This document shows, one piece after another, positions 1 to 20,291 of a stretch of DNA of 64,000 bases (the first letter of the stretch is position 1; each line of letters starts with the position of its first letter). Below the pieces are notes generated by a model. The model was not told where the DNA came from, did no database searches, and saw only the letters and a program-made list of their open reading frames with translations. The stretch is from Tubulanus polymorphus (Eukaryota; Animalia; Nemertea), in assembly GCF_964204645.1 (NCBI RefSeq), contig NC_134030.1, forward strand, positions 3,142,778 through 3,206,777, written 5' to 3'. Made by a program: the position numbers and the translations under genes.

Positions 1-2139
1 TTCATCTCGTCACCTCCGGGTCTCAGTATACATGTCGTTAAATCATGCTAAACGATTAAAATCCCCACAAATTTTCGAGCCAACGTCTTTTTCCACCAAA
101 GAACAGACGCTGATAGGAGGGATTATTCGTCGGTTTGGGGTCCATCGATCAGTAATCCGGTTCGCATTACTTCAGGTCGCAAGCAGCCACGTAGATGACA
201 TCATTTATTCATGAGGTAAGAATGTATGTAAACAAAATGAGCGAAACATCGGCGGTCGTGATTACCGGGACTTTGCCTCTACTGCTGACAGTCTGATCTC
301 TGATCGCTGGTAATCATCTCCGAGGTTACGTATGCCAACAAAATATTAAGATGGAAAATGTCGAATTGATAGGAGACGATCGACGACGAAAATCGAATTG
401 AAACAATTTTCTAAGAAGAAATAACATAAGCGCATGTAGTTTACTGTTTAGCTTGCTTCGGATCTTGGTTTCTTTCTTAAGATTAACTTTATTGGACTCG
501 CGATAGAACCGCGGCCCGCACAGCACTGTGATCACCAAACGGGGACTAGAACCCGCCTGCCACTCAGCAATCACAGTGAATGCAACAGCGCCTTGTGATG
601 TATATCGATATTTTATTGGAATTAAGTTTTGTATTTTTTTTTTCTAGTTCGAATACACTCATGTGAACCACTACTAGAGTCGAAGACCCGCTGTATCATC
701 TACCCAATCGCCAAATCTCATCATTCCCCAAATTTCTTAAAACTTCGATTTCAAATTTGCAATTCCACATTAGCTTAGCCCAGAAATTATAAATTTTTTT
801 CGCAGGCGTCAAATAATTTTCTAAAATTAATTTTCTTGTTTCTAGTTCGAATACACTCATGTGATATTGATCACCTTATCACACTTGGCAACTGCGTTTA
901 TTACATCATCTCATCGAAATGTTTATAGTCATTTTTATATATACAGTTTCAGTTTCAAATAATGAGCAGCAATGAGTTTGGATTTAACACAATAGAATTT
1001 AAACTATTTTAAAAATGAAGAGTTAAAACTGTTTCATTCGCAAGTCCTGGATATTACCTAAAAGTACCACGGTATGTGTGAGTCTCTTTCTTCCTTAAAC
1101 CCGATACACTCGTTGCGCCACTCTCCACGAGATCGCGTGTTAGATTTGCCAATATCGGCAAGAAGAGAAATTCGAGTTCAAATTTCCGATAATTAAATAC
1201 AGCCGAACCTCGTATGTAACCAGTCAACTAGAGCGCTTTAAAGTAAAAATTTAGCGCATTTCCGAACGGTAAACTTCGTCGAAAACATCGCCTAGGGATG
1301 AATAACGAAACGACGATGTTGTTGCCGCTGCCGCTGTTGCTGCTGTTGCTGCTGCCGCTGCTGCTCATGGAACGAATTCAATTTAAAAGTCTAGTATACA
1401 CGAAATCGACAATATGTCAAACATTTGCACGTTCAAGTGGATGAATTCATCTTGAAATAGTTGCAGTACAACAGAACGGCGAATAAATGATGTTAACAGT
1501 GTTTCCTTTGATTTGAATAGCAACATCGAATTTCATCATTACGTCACAGAAATGTGGCGAAGTCCTCGTTTGTACGAGAAGAGATGTTTATAGTCGATTC
1601 AACTAATTGACCGTAAGTGAAATAAGTCAATTAGAATAAATAAGTGGCTGGCTATTCATTCTAGAACCTGATTACGTAACGAAGTAGATTGAGACTATTC
1701 ACAGTCTATGAGGTACGTATACATGAAAAAGCTCGACGTATCATAGGGACGCTATAGTTCGTAGCAGGGAAAAGGTACATCTAGAAGGTCAGGTTTGACA
1801 GACCGTTTTTTAAAGTTGGCAAGAGTTGGCAACCATTGAATATAATGGTGACGTCACGTCACGTGCACGGTGCTAACTGACGTCACTTCCGGTTCCATAG
1901 TTGGACTGATTTTCAAAACTTTAATCATAGAATCTCAATTTACGGTTTTTTCTTAAATATTTACATTTTGATTTGCAAATTACAGCAAGGAATCGTGGCA
2001 GAACATGTGGAATGTTTTCCAGGTAGCTTCAGGAAACAAAACTTCAATTGAAGACTTGAATAGAAAACATCATAAAACCTATCATGTATTTAGCGTCGAT
2101 CGTTACTGAAATGTGAATTAGAATATTAAAATGGCTTAC

Positions 2140-9278
<7,139 letters not shown>

Positions 9279-10602
9279 TTGTAAGAGTAATCCATACGAT
9301 ACCGTACACAACTCAAACATATTCAAAATATACACATCATCCGATTCAACTTCATTTTGAAATCAACGATAAAATGAACAATTCCACTGCATCTTATATT
9401 CAAGAGTTATTTGATTCAGTAATCATTGATTAGGTTTGAATTGTTTTTGTTCTATCCGCGATGAGTTGGTTTCGATTGACTTGTTAGTATCCATCTCTGC
9501 CCAGTAGAGCGATACATCGTTACTGGATGCAACAGTGACAATCATCAATGAGATACTGTGTTACAGAGAAACTACTCCTAGTGGCAGCACTAGGTGGACG
9601 GTTCCTGTTCTTTTCACTTTCTGGCTGTTATTGTGACAGTAGGATGCAGTTTAACAGTTGTCCGTTTAGTTTGACTCTATGTAAAGCTAGATTATTTCAT
9701 TTCCAATGTCTTAACACAGGGATTGATCTAGTTGGTGGCTTTGGGGGTCTGGACCCCTGTATTCTCATCAAAGTTGCCTTTTTCTCATGACAGAGAATTT
9801 TGAAACCTATAAATTTGATATCCATCCTCTTAGGAGCCAGGTGGAACCTAGAGTGCTTGCCCCCAACACTGGCGTTCAGGAAATCCTAGATCCGCAAGTG
9901 GTTAGTCGAGAAATTGTCAAAAGCCAGTCAGTTTTCGAAACAGTCAAAACGAAACAATCAAAAACAATATTAAGTAATGTACATACAGCACTAACTTTAT
10001 TACTTCTATACTCTTGAATTGAATAATGACAGCATACAAAACAATCTTCACTTTTTCAAGGGATTTTCATTGCTTAAAACTAAAACATGTGTTAGAGACA
10101 ATTTTCTTATAGAAAAATTCAAATCATATTTGGCAAATATAAAGACGGTTAAATTACATAGTTTTTACTGTTTAGAACTAACTTTTACATTTTGATGTGA
10201 TTGAAAAAGATTCCTTTTGAAAAGTATCTCGCGACGGACAAATTAAAATAAACAAATTGCATGAGACAGATTCATACATCAGTTATATATCACTTATTCA
10301 CTAGATGTATTTGAAAATGGCACCAGAATTAAATTCAGCTGTTTTTATCTTACCGCTCGGTAACTATGAAGCAGCACAGATTGAGTAGAATGAATTGAAA
10401 CGCTAATCTCTTCACAGAGGGTTTGAGCAGATCTGCTAGCTTCAATCCAATGGGTCAGGATTCCTTAGTACCCCGCAATAGCTGTATAACTTGGAAGTAT
10501 TTCCCGCAGACAGCGCTTTGAGCGTGCAGTACTGCGGAAAAGCGCTTAACAAGAAAATTTTATTATTATTATTAACGTTTAGAGCCTCTAATGTAAGACA
10601 GA

Positions 10603-10783
10603 CAGGGTTCTTACAGATCAGAAAACCTTTAATTTCCTGATACAATTATGAGATATCCTCAGTGGGGACTGCTTGTTCTCAAGCAGCTCCTTTTGCCTCT
10701 CATCATCAGCAAGGATCATTCCTGATTTTCCCTGCAAGGAAAAATACATCCGAAATTCCCTGATTTAATCTGTAAGAACCCTG
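10603..10783. mobile_element. MITE with 16 bp TIR and 6 bp TSD
   Basis: cagggttcttacagat ... atctgtaagaaccctg, flanked on both sides by gacaga. Related degenerate sequence near 12260-12455 and 51262-51525. Confidence 0.75.
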
Positions 10784-11605
10784 GACAGAGTATTAGCTAC
10801 TAGCACATGATTTCATAGACATTAAATACAAAACTGTACGATATCGATTCAAATACAACAATTTCCTAAAATAAATAGCACATTATTCTACTGTTCGTGC
10901 ACCTCACTAGTCCAGCTTAATCAATAATTATCAATTCCACTCCTCTAATGTTAAATTGTGTGCAATGCAATATCATTTCTTGACAAGGTGTGAATTTTCG
11001 CTATAATATGATAATAAACACAATGAAAAAACTATTACGATAAATAAATATGTACATTTAATCAATAGACTACTGATATCATCTGTTCACTGAACCAGAG
11101 GAGTCGATCTGAACCAGAGGAGTCGATCCGCCGAAAAATGAATTATTATGTAATCTTTAGGAACCAGAAACTGAAGTATTTATTGGTCACTATACAGTCA
11201 AGATACTGTGAGACCTGCTTGATTTGGATATGGAATAATTTTGGATTGATTTGAATAGAATTCTTCCAGTTTATGAGAAATCTGAAATAAATATCATATA
11301 TATTACATACATTTATGTACTTGAACTGTATATATCCAGATGAAACTGATCCGAATTAAGCAGTTTTTCACTGTATTTGAGTGAAGGAGGGTTCTCGAAA
11401 AGGTAATACGTATTTGCTTACTTTCAGCCACCTCGCCTCATGCATGCAATTTAGAGTGATACATACACAGGGAGAAGTGGCCGATCATCCATCGATGTCT
11501 TTATCACGAATAACTGCTCAGAGTATGTATTTCAGGAAAATATTGAAAAGGAAACTGGCTTTCTACTCCTGCTGGCTGTACGCGTTATAGACCGCTGCGG
11601 TCAGT

Positions 11606-13799
11606 TTACAATGTAGCGGTCAGTGCAGCTACGATCCACGATAAAGTGAACACGAAATATCCGCTTCGGTAAAGTTCTTTCAATCCGAACCCATAACACA
11701 AATCCCACGACTGAAATAACAAAACACATTCGAAACATTAATTCCGGCAACTCGAAACGCTTGGTACCAGTCGGTAAACTGATCAAGTCGATGGATTTCA
11801 TTAACATTCAATTGGAAAAACCTTCTATTTGTCGGATTCTCAACTCAATATCCAGTCAACTCTGTATCTGGTCAGACTCACCAAGTCATTATTTGGATAA
11901 GTCATCAAATCACGTCAATTTTTGAATCTTAATTTGTATTTACGTTTCAAATTACTGAGTGCAAGTCGCCATTTGGATAAATCAAAAAAATTCGACTATC
12001 TTTGGAGAACAGGTTTGTTACGGACGTACCATGTGTCTGATACCGTTTATCAGGTGATATATAATCGGCCAGCACAGTATTGTTTTTGCGATGTAGATTC
12101 CGGCGGGTCCAATAGAGATTAGATCCATATAGTAGGGCAGTTTATGCGGCATCAATGGCATTACACATCCAAATCCACAAACAACTGTAATACAATAGAA
12201 ACATGCAACATTAGTAGTTGTAGAATAGCCTAACTCAATCACTTACCACCAACTTACAAATTCCAAGAGTTTTCCCTCATTTTTCGAAATGTTATAACAC
12301 AAAATTCCCTGAGTAAATCTCGAGGAAATTTTATGTCTAAGATGTAACAATTTAATCTTTTTTATGAATTATGTATTAAGAAATGTGTGGTCAACAACAT
12401 ATCCAAATTCCCAGGCTGTTTGCAAAATTTGTCAAATTCCAGGTTTTCCAGGTCAGTGACCAGTAGACCACTGGTAGATGGTTTCTAGAGTCTGAAACGT
12501 TGCGTCTTTACTTATTTATTTTAATTCTTGATAGATAAATTTCATTTTCAATCTTTCAAATTTGTAGAAAGTGAATTCTATTCAAATTATTAACACAACA
12601 TTCAATATCTACCGGTACAACCATTTTATGACATTTTTTTTCAAAGTTGCTTTGATTAACGATCAATCAGCAGCCTCAACAGAGACCAAAACATCTTATC
12701 AGCGCACTTTCACAGTTTCAAATTGTCGTTGCAATGGGGAAGTATATGTCTGAAAGGTTGCAGATTGATACATACAGTTAGCTATCCAATTTACCTATTC
12801 CCATTCCAATACCAGATATTCTATGCGTAATAGACAGCATCGATGTCAACTGCGCCCTAAAATATTCGAAAGGAAAATCACATTTAAATATCTTAAGTCA
12901 AATAGATTTCAACACTACAAAGGCCTAACTATACTGGACATAACCACTTTTATGGATAGAGAGAAAAACTTACGCGTAAATGGAAAGATGCGGAGATTGA
13001 GGCCTTCCGAGCTGAACTTCATTTTTATGCCAAAATTCTCTCATTTCTTCGATAGCTCTCTGATTGGTCGTTATCGGGAGACTGAAAATAAATAATATCG
13101 TCATCTTTAAGAACTGAAACGAATAAATCTTCTACATCCATTCCTCAGACTCAGGGTTTCCTTAGATCCGTTAGATTAGACAGGGTGGCCACTTTCACTG
13201 ACTATTCCCTGATGTGTACTGAATCTATGATGTTTTTACCTGTTTGTCATGAGTGGAATAGCTCGTGATGTTTGCTGTAGTAAACCTTGACGGCCGCATA
13301 ATCTAGAAAAACACATCAGAAAATACTACAATTAAAATTCGATTGATTATTGTTGTAGCTGAAACAACTACAGGTAATAACCATTACATCATAACAGTTC
13401 CCCAAAAAACTTTTACAGGTTCTAGGGGTAACCCATGTATACCTTATAATTAGATGTCTGGTATTCAGACTAAGACTAAAAAAAGGGTAGAGTCTAACCC
13501 TGGGTAATGTTCAGGTCTAAAATTAGGCTTAACGTGGATTGCGCAATCATGAAATTGGTTCTACCATCTGTAGATTGTATGAAAATATGGTAGTCCTAGG
13601 ATATGTTGAAAGGAAGGATTGTTGAGCCAGGACAGGAAGACAAGGGAAGGCGGAAATTTTTTGACATTTTCTATTTTCTAAGCCAGATCTACTTCGATTT
13701 TTACAGACTGAAGAGTTTACAATAATGCACGATACAGAGCTACAGCGTGTTAACTAATAAACAACATCAAAATCATTACCGTAACATCGATAGAGCCAT
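11606..13799 (-). CDS. SDHC: Succinate dehydrogenase cytochrome b560 subunit, paralogue A (170 aa)
   Basis: Exons 13799-13780, 13302-13240, 13081-12974, 12856-12795, 12184-12030 and 11710-11606 give MALSMLRLCGRQGLLQQTSRAIPLMTNSLPITTNQRAIEEMREFWHKNEVQLGRPQSPHLSIYAAQLTSMLSITHRISGIGMGIVVCGFGCVMPLMPHKLPYYMDLISIGPAGIYIAKTILCWPIIYHLINGIRHMSWDLCYGFGLKELYRSGYFVFTLSWIVAALTATL. Has RP.SPHL.IY, S..HR..G and H..NGIRH..WD motifs and a basic mitochondrial presequence. Confidence 0.95.
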
Positions 13800-14155
13800 T
13801 TTAACAGTCGTTTTTCTACGTTTTTTAGATGTTTTTTATTCGACCTCCACAAAACGTAGCTATCACAAGATTCACGCGATTCGCCGCAGGTCTAGGTACT
13901 TCGATATATCTCATAGAAAATAATCAAAACTATCATTTAAAACGACAAGAAATTTGGTATAGTATATTAATCAGACATAATATAGATATATTTTGAAACG
14001 AATTTTGAATTATTATTCTTGTTTATTATTGATAATTAGGGGCCAATTTATTGATCATGATAGACCAACAAGTGGAGCCGTGAATCGCGGGGTCGCTCTA
14101 TACAATTTGACGGATTTTCTCCGAGTTTTTTCATTTAAAAGCGAATTTATACAGA
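13800..14155. promoter_or_regulatory. Putative bidirectional promoter and 5'UTRs of the two SDHC genes
   Basis: Only 356 bp separate two divergent ATGs. Confidence 0.7.
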
Positions 14156-16561
14156 ATGTCGGCAATTTTGAGGTACATTTTTGCGTTTCCCTTGTAGATC
14201 GATAAACGATGTAGATTTAATCATGAGAAATATATTTTTCTATGGTTTTTACGGTCGAAGATTTCAATTCGAAACGATTCGTGGATCGAATAGTAGTCTG
14301 TCCAACTTCCGTTCGCGGTTACGTAAATGTGACGAGTTTGTTGAGAGTTTATTCTGCTGATTGAGTGGGTTTCTTTATTTTTTTTTAGGTTAGCAACACG
14401 AAGATGCCTTCTACAAAGAAGCACACCATTTATGACAAGGAGGTAAGTACCTCGCCTTCCTCTGATCACTAACTAAGACAAGTAATACTGACTCTCTGTC
14501 ATCTGTGTGAATCAAGATTCCTTGACCTAGTATTGGACAAAGTCAGGGGCGGATTTAGAGGGGGTTCAGCGGGTCCGAACACCCACTAAAATTCACAAGT
14601 TACCCTTTTTATTAGAGGCCAATGGAAAATCTATTTGAAATCCTGGATCCGCCCCTAATAGTCTAAGGCCAAAAAAATTGATACCTTGTTTCTCCGCTCT
14701 GCTGAGCTTAAATGTTGACCCGGCCGGCCGCCTATCTACCCTATACATTACTTTTTTTAAAATCGTGATCAATTTCACCATAACAGACTCGGCCGCTATA
14801 GAAATGAACTGTTTATAAATTTTATCATATTTTACAAAAATGACCCGGCCGCTGCGGAGAAACAAGGTATCATTTTTGTTTAGCCTAAATACTAGATGCA
14901 TAAGAGTCTTAACAACCCCTCTACTATAGTTGTAACTGGGGTTTTTCAAAGCTTTCTTTCTATTTTTGCCTGATTTTTTCTTTCAGTTTACCGATCACCA
15001 ATGATCAAAGAGCGATCAAAGAAATGGAATATTTTTGGCATAAAAACGAAGTGAAACTGTCGCGACCGATGTCACCACATTTATCTATTTACAAGTAAGA
15101 GTCACGTCTTTTCACACGACAGCAAGTTTTCAAATCCTTGTAGTCACGATGGAATCTCGAACGCTGCTGTGGGAATTGAAGATTCTACTTCTTATGGCAA
15201 GCAAACGATTTACCGCTCCGTGTCGCTAGTAACTTGGTCTTTCATATTGCGTGTTTATTAGTCAGAAATTGGATGAACTTTTCAAAATTTTAAATGAACA
15301 CTGAACAAATCAGTGAGTAGAAAAATGAATTTAATGTTCTGTGATGACAGGTGTCTAAAAATACAATTCAAAGTTAGTTGATACTGAACTAATCCTGACA
15401 ACATAAGACCGAGTGCTCATCACGCCATCTGGTGAGATATCTGGTGATGTGTGTGTTATTAGCGATTAATCATTATCTTCTTGTGTTATTTTATTTTTAG
15501 AGTTGAAGTCACCTCACTATTGTCAATCACTCATCGATTAACTGGAGTTGGTCTTTCTGTCGGTGAGTAATTCAGAAAAAAACAACTCTAACTTTTACAA
15601 AGACTCAAGGGATTTGTAAATTGGTAGAAAGTTTGTCATTTGCTATTTTCAGGTTTAATCGGACTCGGTTGGTTAAGTTTATACAACACTAATTTTCGAC
15701 TATTCGCCGATGGAGCTCTAGAACTGGTCGGACCGTGGGGAGTATTCGCAACGAAGGCCGTCCTCGTTTGGGGAATGGTTTATCATCTGCTCAACGGAAT
15801 CAGACATTTAGTAAGTTCACACGCAGAACCTAACCAAAAAAACGCTTCGATTTTAGTTGTAACCTGCGACCAGTTGTACAGTCATGACTTGAAATTCAAG
15901 AGTTAAGACCAGTCTAAGACCGTCTTAGTTCTACGGTGGAACCTCGTTACAGCGATCTTTGCGAGACCAGAAAATCTGTTCATTGCACGTAATGAACGTA
16001 AAGCCTAGCGCGCATCGACAGTGCGATTGGAGACAACTAGTTGCAAGGCAGTTTTCGGCGCATGAGAGGAACTGGCTGGATACGATCAGTTGCTTGAACG
16101 TGTCGATGTGAGCGAGCTTACGATTGGTAAGCGTCGATCTATCTCCAGTTCCAGCCAGTTGCCCATGTTCTACTTTTGAGCAACTGGTTGTACTCAATCG
16201 CAGTCATATCCGTCGATGTGCGCGCTCTGGATCTCGACGTTTGACATGCGCCATGGAGTTCATCCGAGATGCGTTCGGTAGCAACTAGTTGTCTCCAATC
16301 GCAGTGTCGATGTGCGCTAGGCTTAAGGATACGCCTGAAACCTGTTAGGGGTTAAACCTCTTTTGGACCTAAGTCATGACTTTGCAACTGAGGACCGAGT
16401 TCCACAGTTCTAATGGGTCTGTATTATAAATGATATTGAATTTCGGTTTGTTGCAGGTTTGGGATCGAGCCGTAGGACTGAAAATAAGTGCAATCTCTAA
16501 AAGTGGATTAGCGATGGGCGTGGCTTCGGTCGTGTTAGCGTTAGGTCTCGCAGCTCTCTAG
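14156..16561 (+). CDS. SDHC: Succinate dehydrogenase cytochrome b560 subunit, paralogue B (167 aa)
   Basis: Exons 14156-14172, 14389-14442, 14987-15094, 15501-15562, 15653-15810 and 16457-16561 give MSAILRLATRRCLLQRSTPFMTRSLPITNDQRAIKEMEYFWHKNEVKLSRPMSPHLSIYKVEVTSLLSITHRLTGVGLSVGLIGLGWLSLYNTNFRLFADGALELVGPWGVFATKAVLVWGMVYHLLNGIRHLVWDRAVGLKISAISKSGLAMGVASVVLALGLAAL. Same intron phases as paralogue A. Confidence 0.95.
14544..14657. mobile_element. Short CAGGGGCGGAT-TIR element
   Basis: caggggcggat ... atccgcccct. Related ends near 9717-9900 and 54136. Confidence 0.6.
14667..14885. mobile_element. PIF/Harbinger-type MITE
   Basis: About 30 bp imperfect TIR (ggccaaaaaaattgataccttgtttctccgc), TAA on both sides. 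Confidence 0.65.
16002..16323. mobile_element. PIF/Harbinger-type MITE nested in an older MITE (about 15868-16392)
   Basis: About 43 bp TIR agcctagcgc.catcgaca.tgcgattggagacaactagttgc with 2 mismatches, TAA TSD. Confidence 0.8.
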
Positions 16562-18245
16562 CAGTATAGTAGAGACACACAACAAATCAGTCACAGTCTT
16601 ACGCAGATAGATTCACTCAGGGTTTAATCAAAAAGCACCAAACTACTTTATTCAGTATTCTAGCCTTCCCCAGTTTGACATCATCACTCTTAACGCAGTA
16701 GGTATCAATCTGCTGTCTGCGCCCTGAACCCGCGGACCTGCCTGGACCCTTCAGATCCTCAGAATGAGCCATTCAAGATTTTGTTACTATTCTTCCTGTT
16801 TTTGATCATCTACACTTCATCTGAGACATTCTAATTGGATATGAACCGCAAAGACCATTTTATCAAAAACAAATTTACCAGCGCATTTTTAAAAACTGAT
16901 CATCCAGACTTCACTTTCTGAAGAGGAGTGGTTCAGGACCGAAGGAGTGTGGTTCAGGGTCCTGCATCAATCAGTACAATCAACAGTATTTCTCTTCAAT
17001 AATCAATTATTCCATTATTTAATCATAACGTTTTTCTATGTTTTTTTGTCAATTGTTTGTGTATTTTCTAGTATTATCTCATATGATCTCTTCATGTAAA
17101 AACATATATATATAAATATAACGAATGCTTGCCGGTGCACAAAGTCTACAAACATCGACTTACTAGAATCTGGTAGTAACCGACTTCAATCCTTCGAAAT
17201 CTGCCTTTCAAATGAATCCACGACTTCCAACGCGATTTGAAAATGAAAAAGGTTTTGATATCAGATTCCTAGAAGTCGATGGTAAAAGACTTGTCAGAAC
17301 ACAAGCGAAAACTCAGGGAACGACGCTGTACAGAAACCTAGATTATTTATAGATATTATTAGAGATTTGATATTTTACGATAGACTCAATTATTATTCTA
17401 CATTATATTATCATATATTGAACTAATGTACAAATGTATATTTGGTGTTTAAACTCATGTCATCTGTGTATAGTGTTTCCTCTACTAACTTGTCAATAAC
17501 GGATTCAGTTCTGTTAAGAGTTAAATCTGAATTAGAATTACAGTGTAGTTCTTTTCTGTTATTTGACTCAAAGGTTGAATTTTAACTCCAACCGTTGAAT
17601 TAGCTCCAGAATTGTTAAACTGGCTCCAAAACTGAGGAACCGGCTTCAGTTTTATATTGTAGTTCTTTAACTTGTTTAAACTCTAGGATTAAATCATTTA
17701 GAAATTAACGCATTAATTAGTTCATAGTGATCGGACTTCATTACCAGGATTCAGTTCCACAGTTCAAAGTTAAAACAACTGTACTTACTCCGCCAACTAC
17801 TGTGGAATTGGTTCTAGTTTTGGCTGTTGGTGTAATTACAATCGAACTTGCTTAACTTTGACTGTAGCCAACTCTGTAAAGTATTTTTACTCATTTCTTA
17901 AAATCTACCTCTCTTGGCCGCAGTATTTCACGTGTAGAACAAAAATTATCGCATTTTTCTTGATGAATCCAGTCTTTCTACCTCAACATTCTTAAACTAT
18001 TCCTTAATGTACCAGTACTATATTATAGTGTATTTCAATTTCTGTAATGTCACTACTAATATGATAATAAGATAAACCTGTGATACTGTAACTTTACGAT
18101 GATATTGCATGAAATATGTAAAATAGGTTAGTACTGAATTTTTGGGCGTGGTTGCACAGTCATGACTGGAAGTCAAAAAGTTGTCTATCTTAAGACTGGT
18201 CGTAAGTTGTCAGATAAGCTGTATAACTAGCTGAGATCGTCTTAA

Positions 18246-18516
18246 CCCTTTCAGTGCGTCTATGAATCAGTGATGGATTTTGCTAGTACACCGCACTGTG
18301 GTGCATTGATGAAATTAGTAATTAGTAAAAATCTCTCTTGAAAAATGGGAGCCCCTGTCAAACATAGTGAAATGATAGTAACTAACGATACACCGCACCG
18401 CGGTGTAGAGGCACTATAGTGGTATTCCCGTTATTCAACACACTAGGGTGGAATTTTTCAAATATTTTAAATTATCTCCAGCACTATAGGGAATTTATTA
18501 GTCAGCACTGAAAGGT
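18246..18516. mobile_element. piggyBac-type MITE
   Basis: TTAA-CCCTTTCAGTGC...GCACTGAAAGG(T)-TTAA. Homologous to 48614-48902. Confidence 0.85.
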
Positions 18517-20291
18517 TTAAACTGGTGTTAAATCTCAAACAATGTGACTGGGCAGCTGACGCTGGTGATGAATACTATGGAGAAATATGGTTATAGTTGT
18601 ATACATGAAGTTTGATACGTAACGAGTTAGAAATGAATGATATTGTATGTTAACAATGATCTCTCAAAGCATGACGACTATCAGTATTAGTAGCAAAAAT
18701 GCATGAATTCCTTCATATTTTTGGTATTAGTGAAAACCTCGCCACCAACTGTTATATACGTTAACTATGTTTGTTTACGGCATTTGTGCCACCCTACTAT
18801 AATATATGTACACGGTAAACTCACATTGGCGAAATTCTGAATAAAATGTTTGGGAATGTAGACATTAACGTGCATCATTGGGGAAATTGAATTTGGTATA
18901 TGACGCTCATTTCTGAATACACACCTGCTGAAAGAAAGTCAATTTGAAATCTGTTATATAACATTGTGAACTAGGCTTTAAACTGAGTTTCATGTGTGTT
19001 CCGTATGGCTGTAGATTGATTGTGTATTTTGTGACTGATAATAAATTTGGTTAGTGTTTTGAAATTGTTTGGTTTTCTGCTTTTTTCTGGGAATTATTTT
19101 AGATGAGCTGTTCCAGCAGACATGTGAATGTGGAGTCATGGTTTGTAGTTTTTTGTTGGGCTTACTTTTCAATTGCTACTTTTTTATTCACTAGTTTATC
19201 TGCAATATATTTGTCGCAACATTTGTTAAGTGATATAAAGAATTCATCAAATAACAAAAGCCAAGCACACATCACTTCTGGGCAATTAACATGTCCTTGG
19301 GCATGAATGACATGAGTGAAATTTATCAATATTTTTATCCGAAGATAGTAGTACATGTACAAACTACTGTATTAGTAGAATAGTCATTGATTCAATGGTC
19401 TGGAACCTTCAGCGTTTCGCTGAGCAGAAGGGCAGTGGCTTAAAAAAAACTGCAAAAACGAATTGTTTTGTAGAAAAATTGCCAGTTGAGTAGATACAGT
19501 GCTGTTTTTTAAAGTCTGAGAATTTTCTCGGAATCCGGCCAGCAAATCGGTAAATAGTTTGTCCACTACGGTCGTCCAAAGACTCTGGCAAGCGAATATT
19601 GGCAAGCTAATGTTAGTTCACGTTTTCCCCGCTACCATTATACAAAGAGGCAGCACTAGACGGTCGACATGCGACTCGCTATTTGACTGTGACGGGCGAG
19701 ATCATATTCAATCGTCAACCATCGAAAACGCTAATGTTTTGTTCAATGAAATTATTCTCTTAATAAAGACTTTAAGTAAATAGAAATGATTCTCAATCAC
19801 GACGAAATAAGAATCAATTCATGAACCAGGTCACAGAATGTAGCTTCATTGAAAATCACACGCGTTGGTAAAATGTCTAGCGCGCATATGAGCGCAATTC
19901 ACGAAAAACGTTACTTTTTTCGCATGAAAAATACTAAGAAGCGGTTACTTAGCACGTTACTGCTTCAAACCATGCGCCCCGTAGATAAGAATTGTGTCAT
20001 CAAATCAACGGTGTGTGTTTATTCAACTATAGTCCTGAATGCGACTTTAAGACAGGCCTAGCTATCTTGTGCTTATCATAAAACTTATCTTGAAACCTAT
20101 GATATCTCATTGATTAAACTGCACATGTATTAATTGTAAGTGTTTAGTTATACATGTATGTATATACACATTGAACTGTCCACCCTTATATTCAATTGAG
20201 TGAAAATAACGGCTCGGATGAAACGGAGATGGCGGTTAAACGATCCTACTGATTATGTCTGTTCTGATCGCGTTCATCATTAGAGAGAATT

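Noticed and set aside
56-145. Minus-strand 29 aa ORF with a GKRR neuropeptide-like site
   Set aside because: No signal peptide and an in-frame stop directly upstream.
1797-1895. ETS-CRE motif gacgtcacttccgg as a promoter
   Set aside because: Context resembles a MITE half (similar gtgacgtcacgt near 47370) and no linked TSS can be supported.
14593-14949. 118 aa minus-strand ORF
   Set aside because: Runs across two MITEs within an SDHC-B intron; no transposase motifs.
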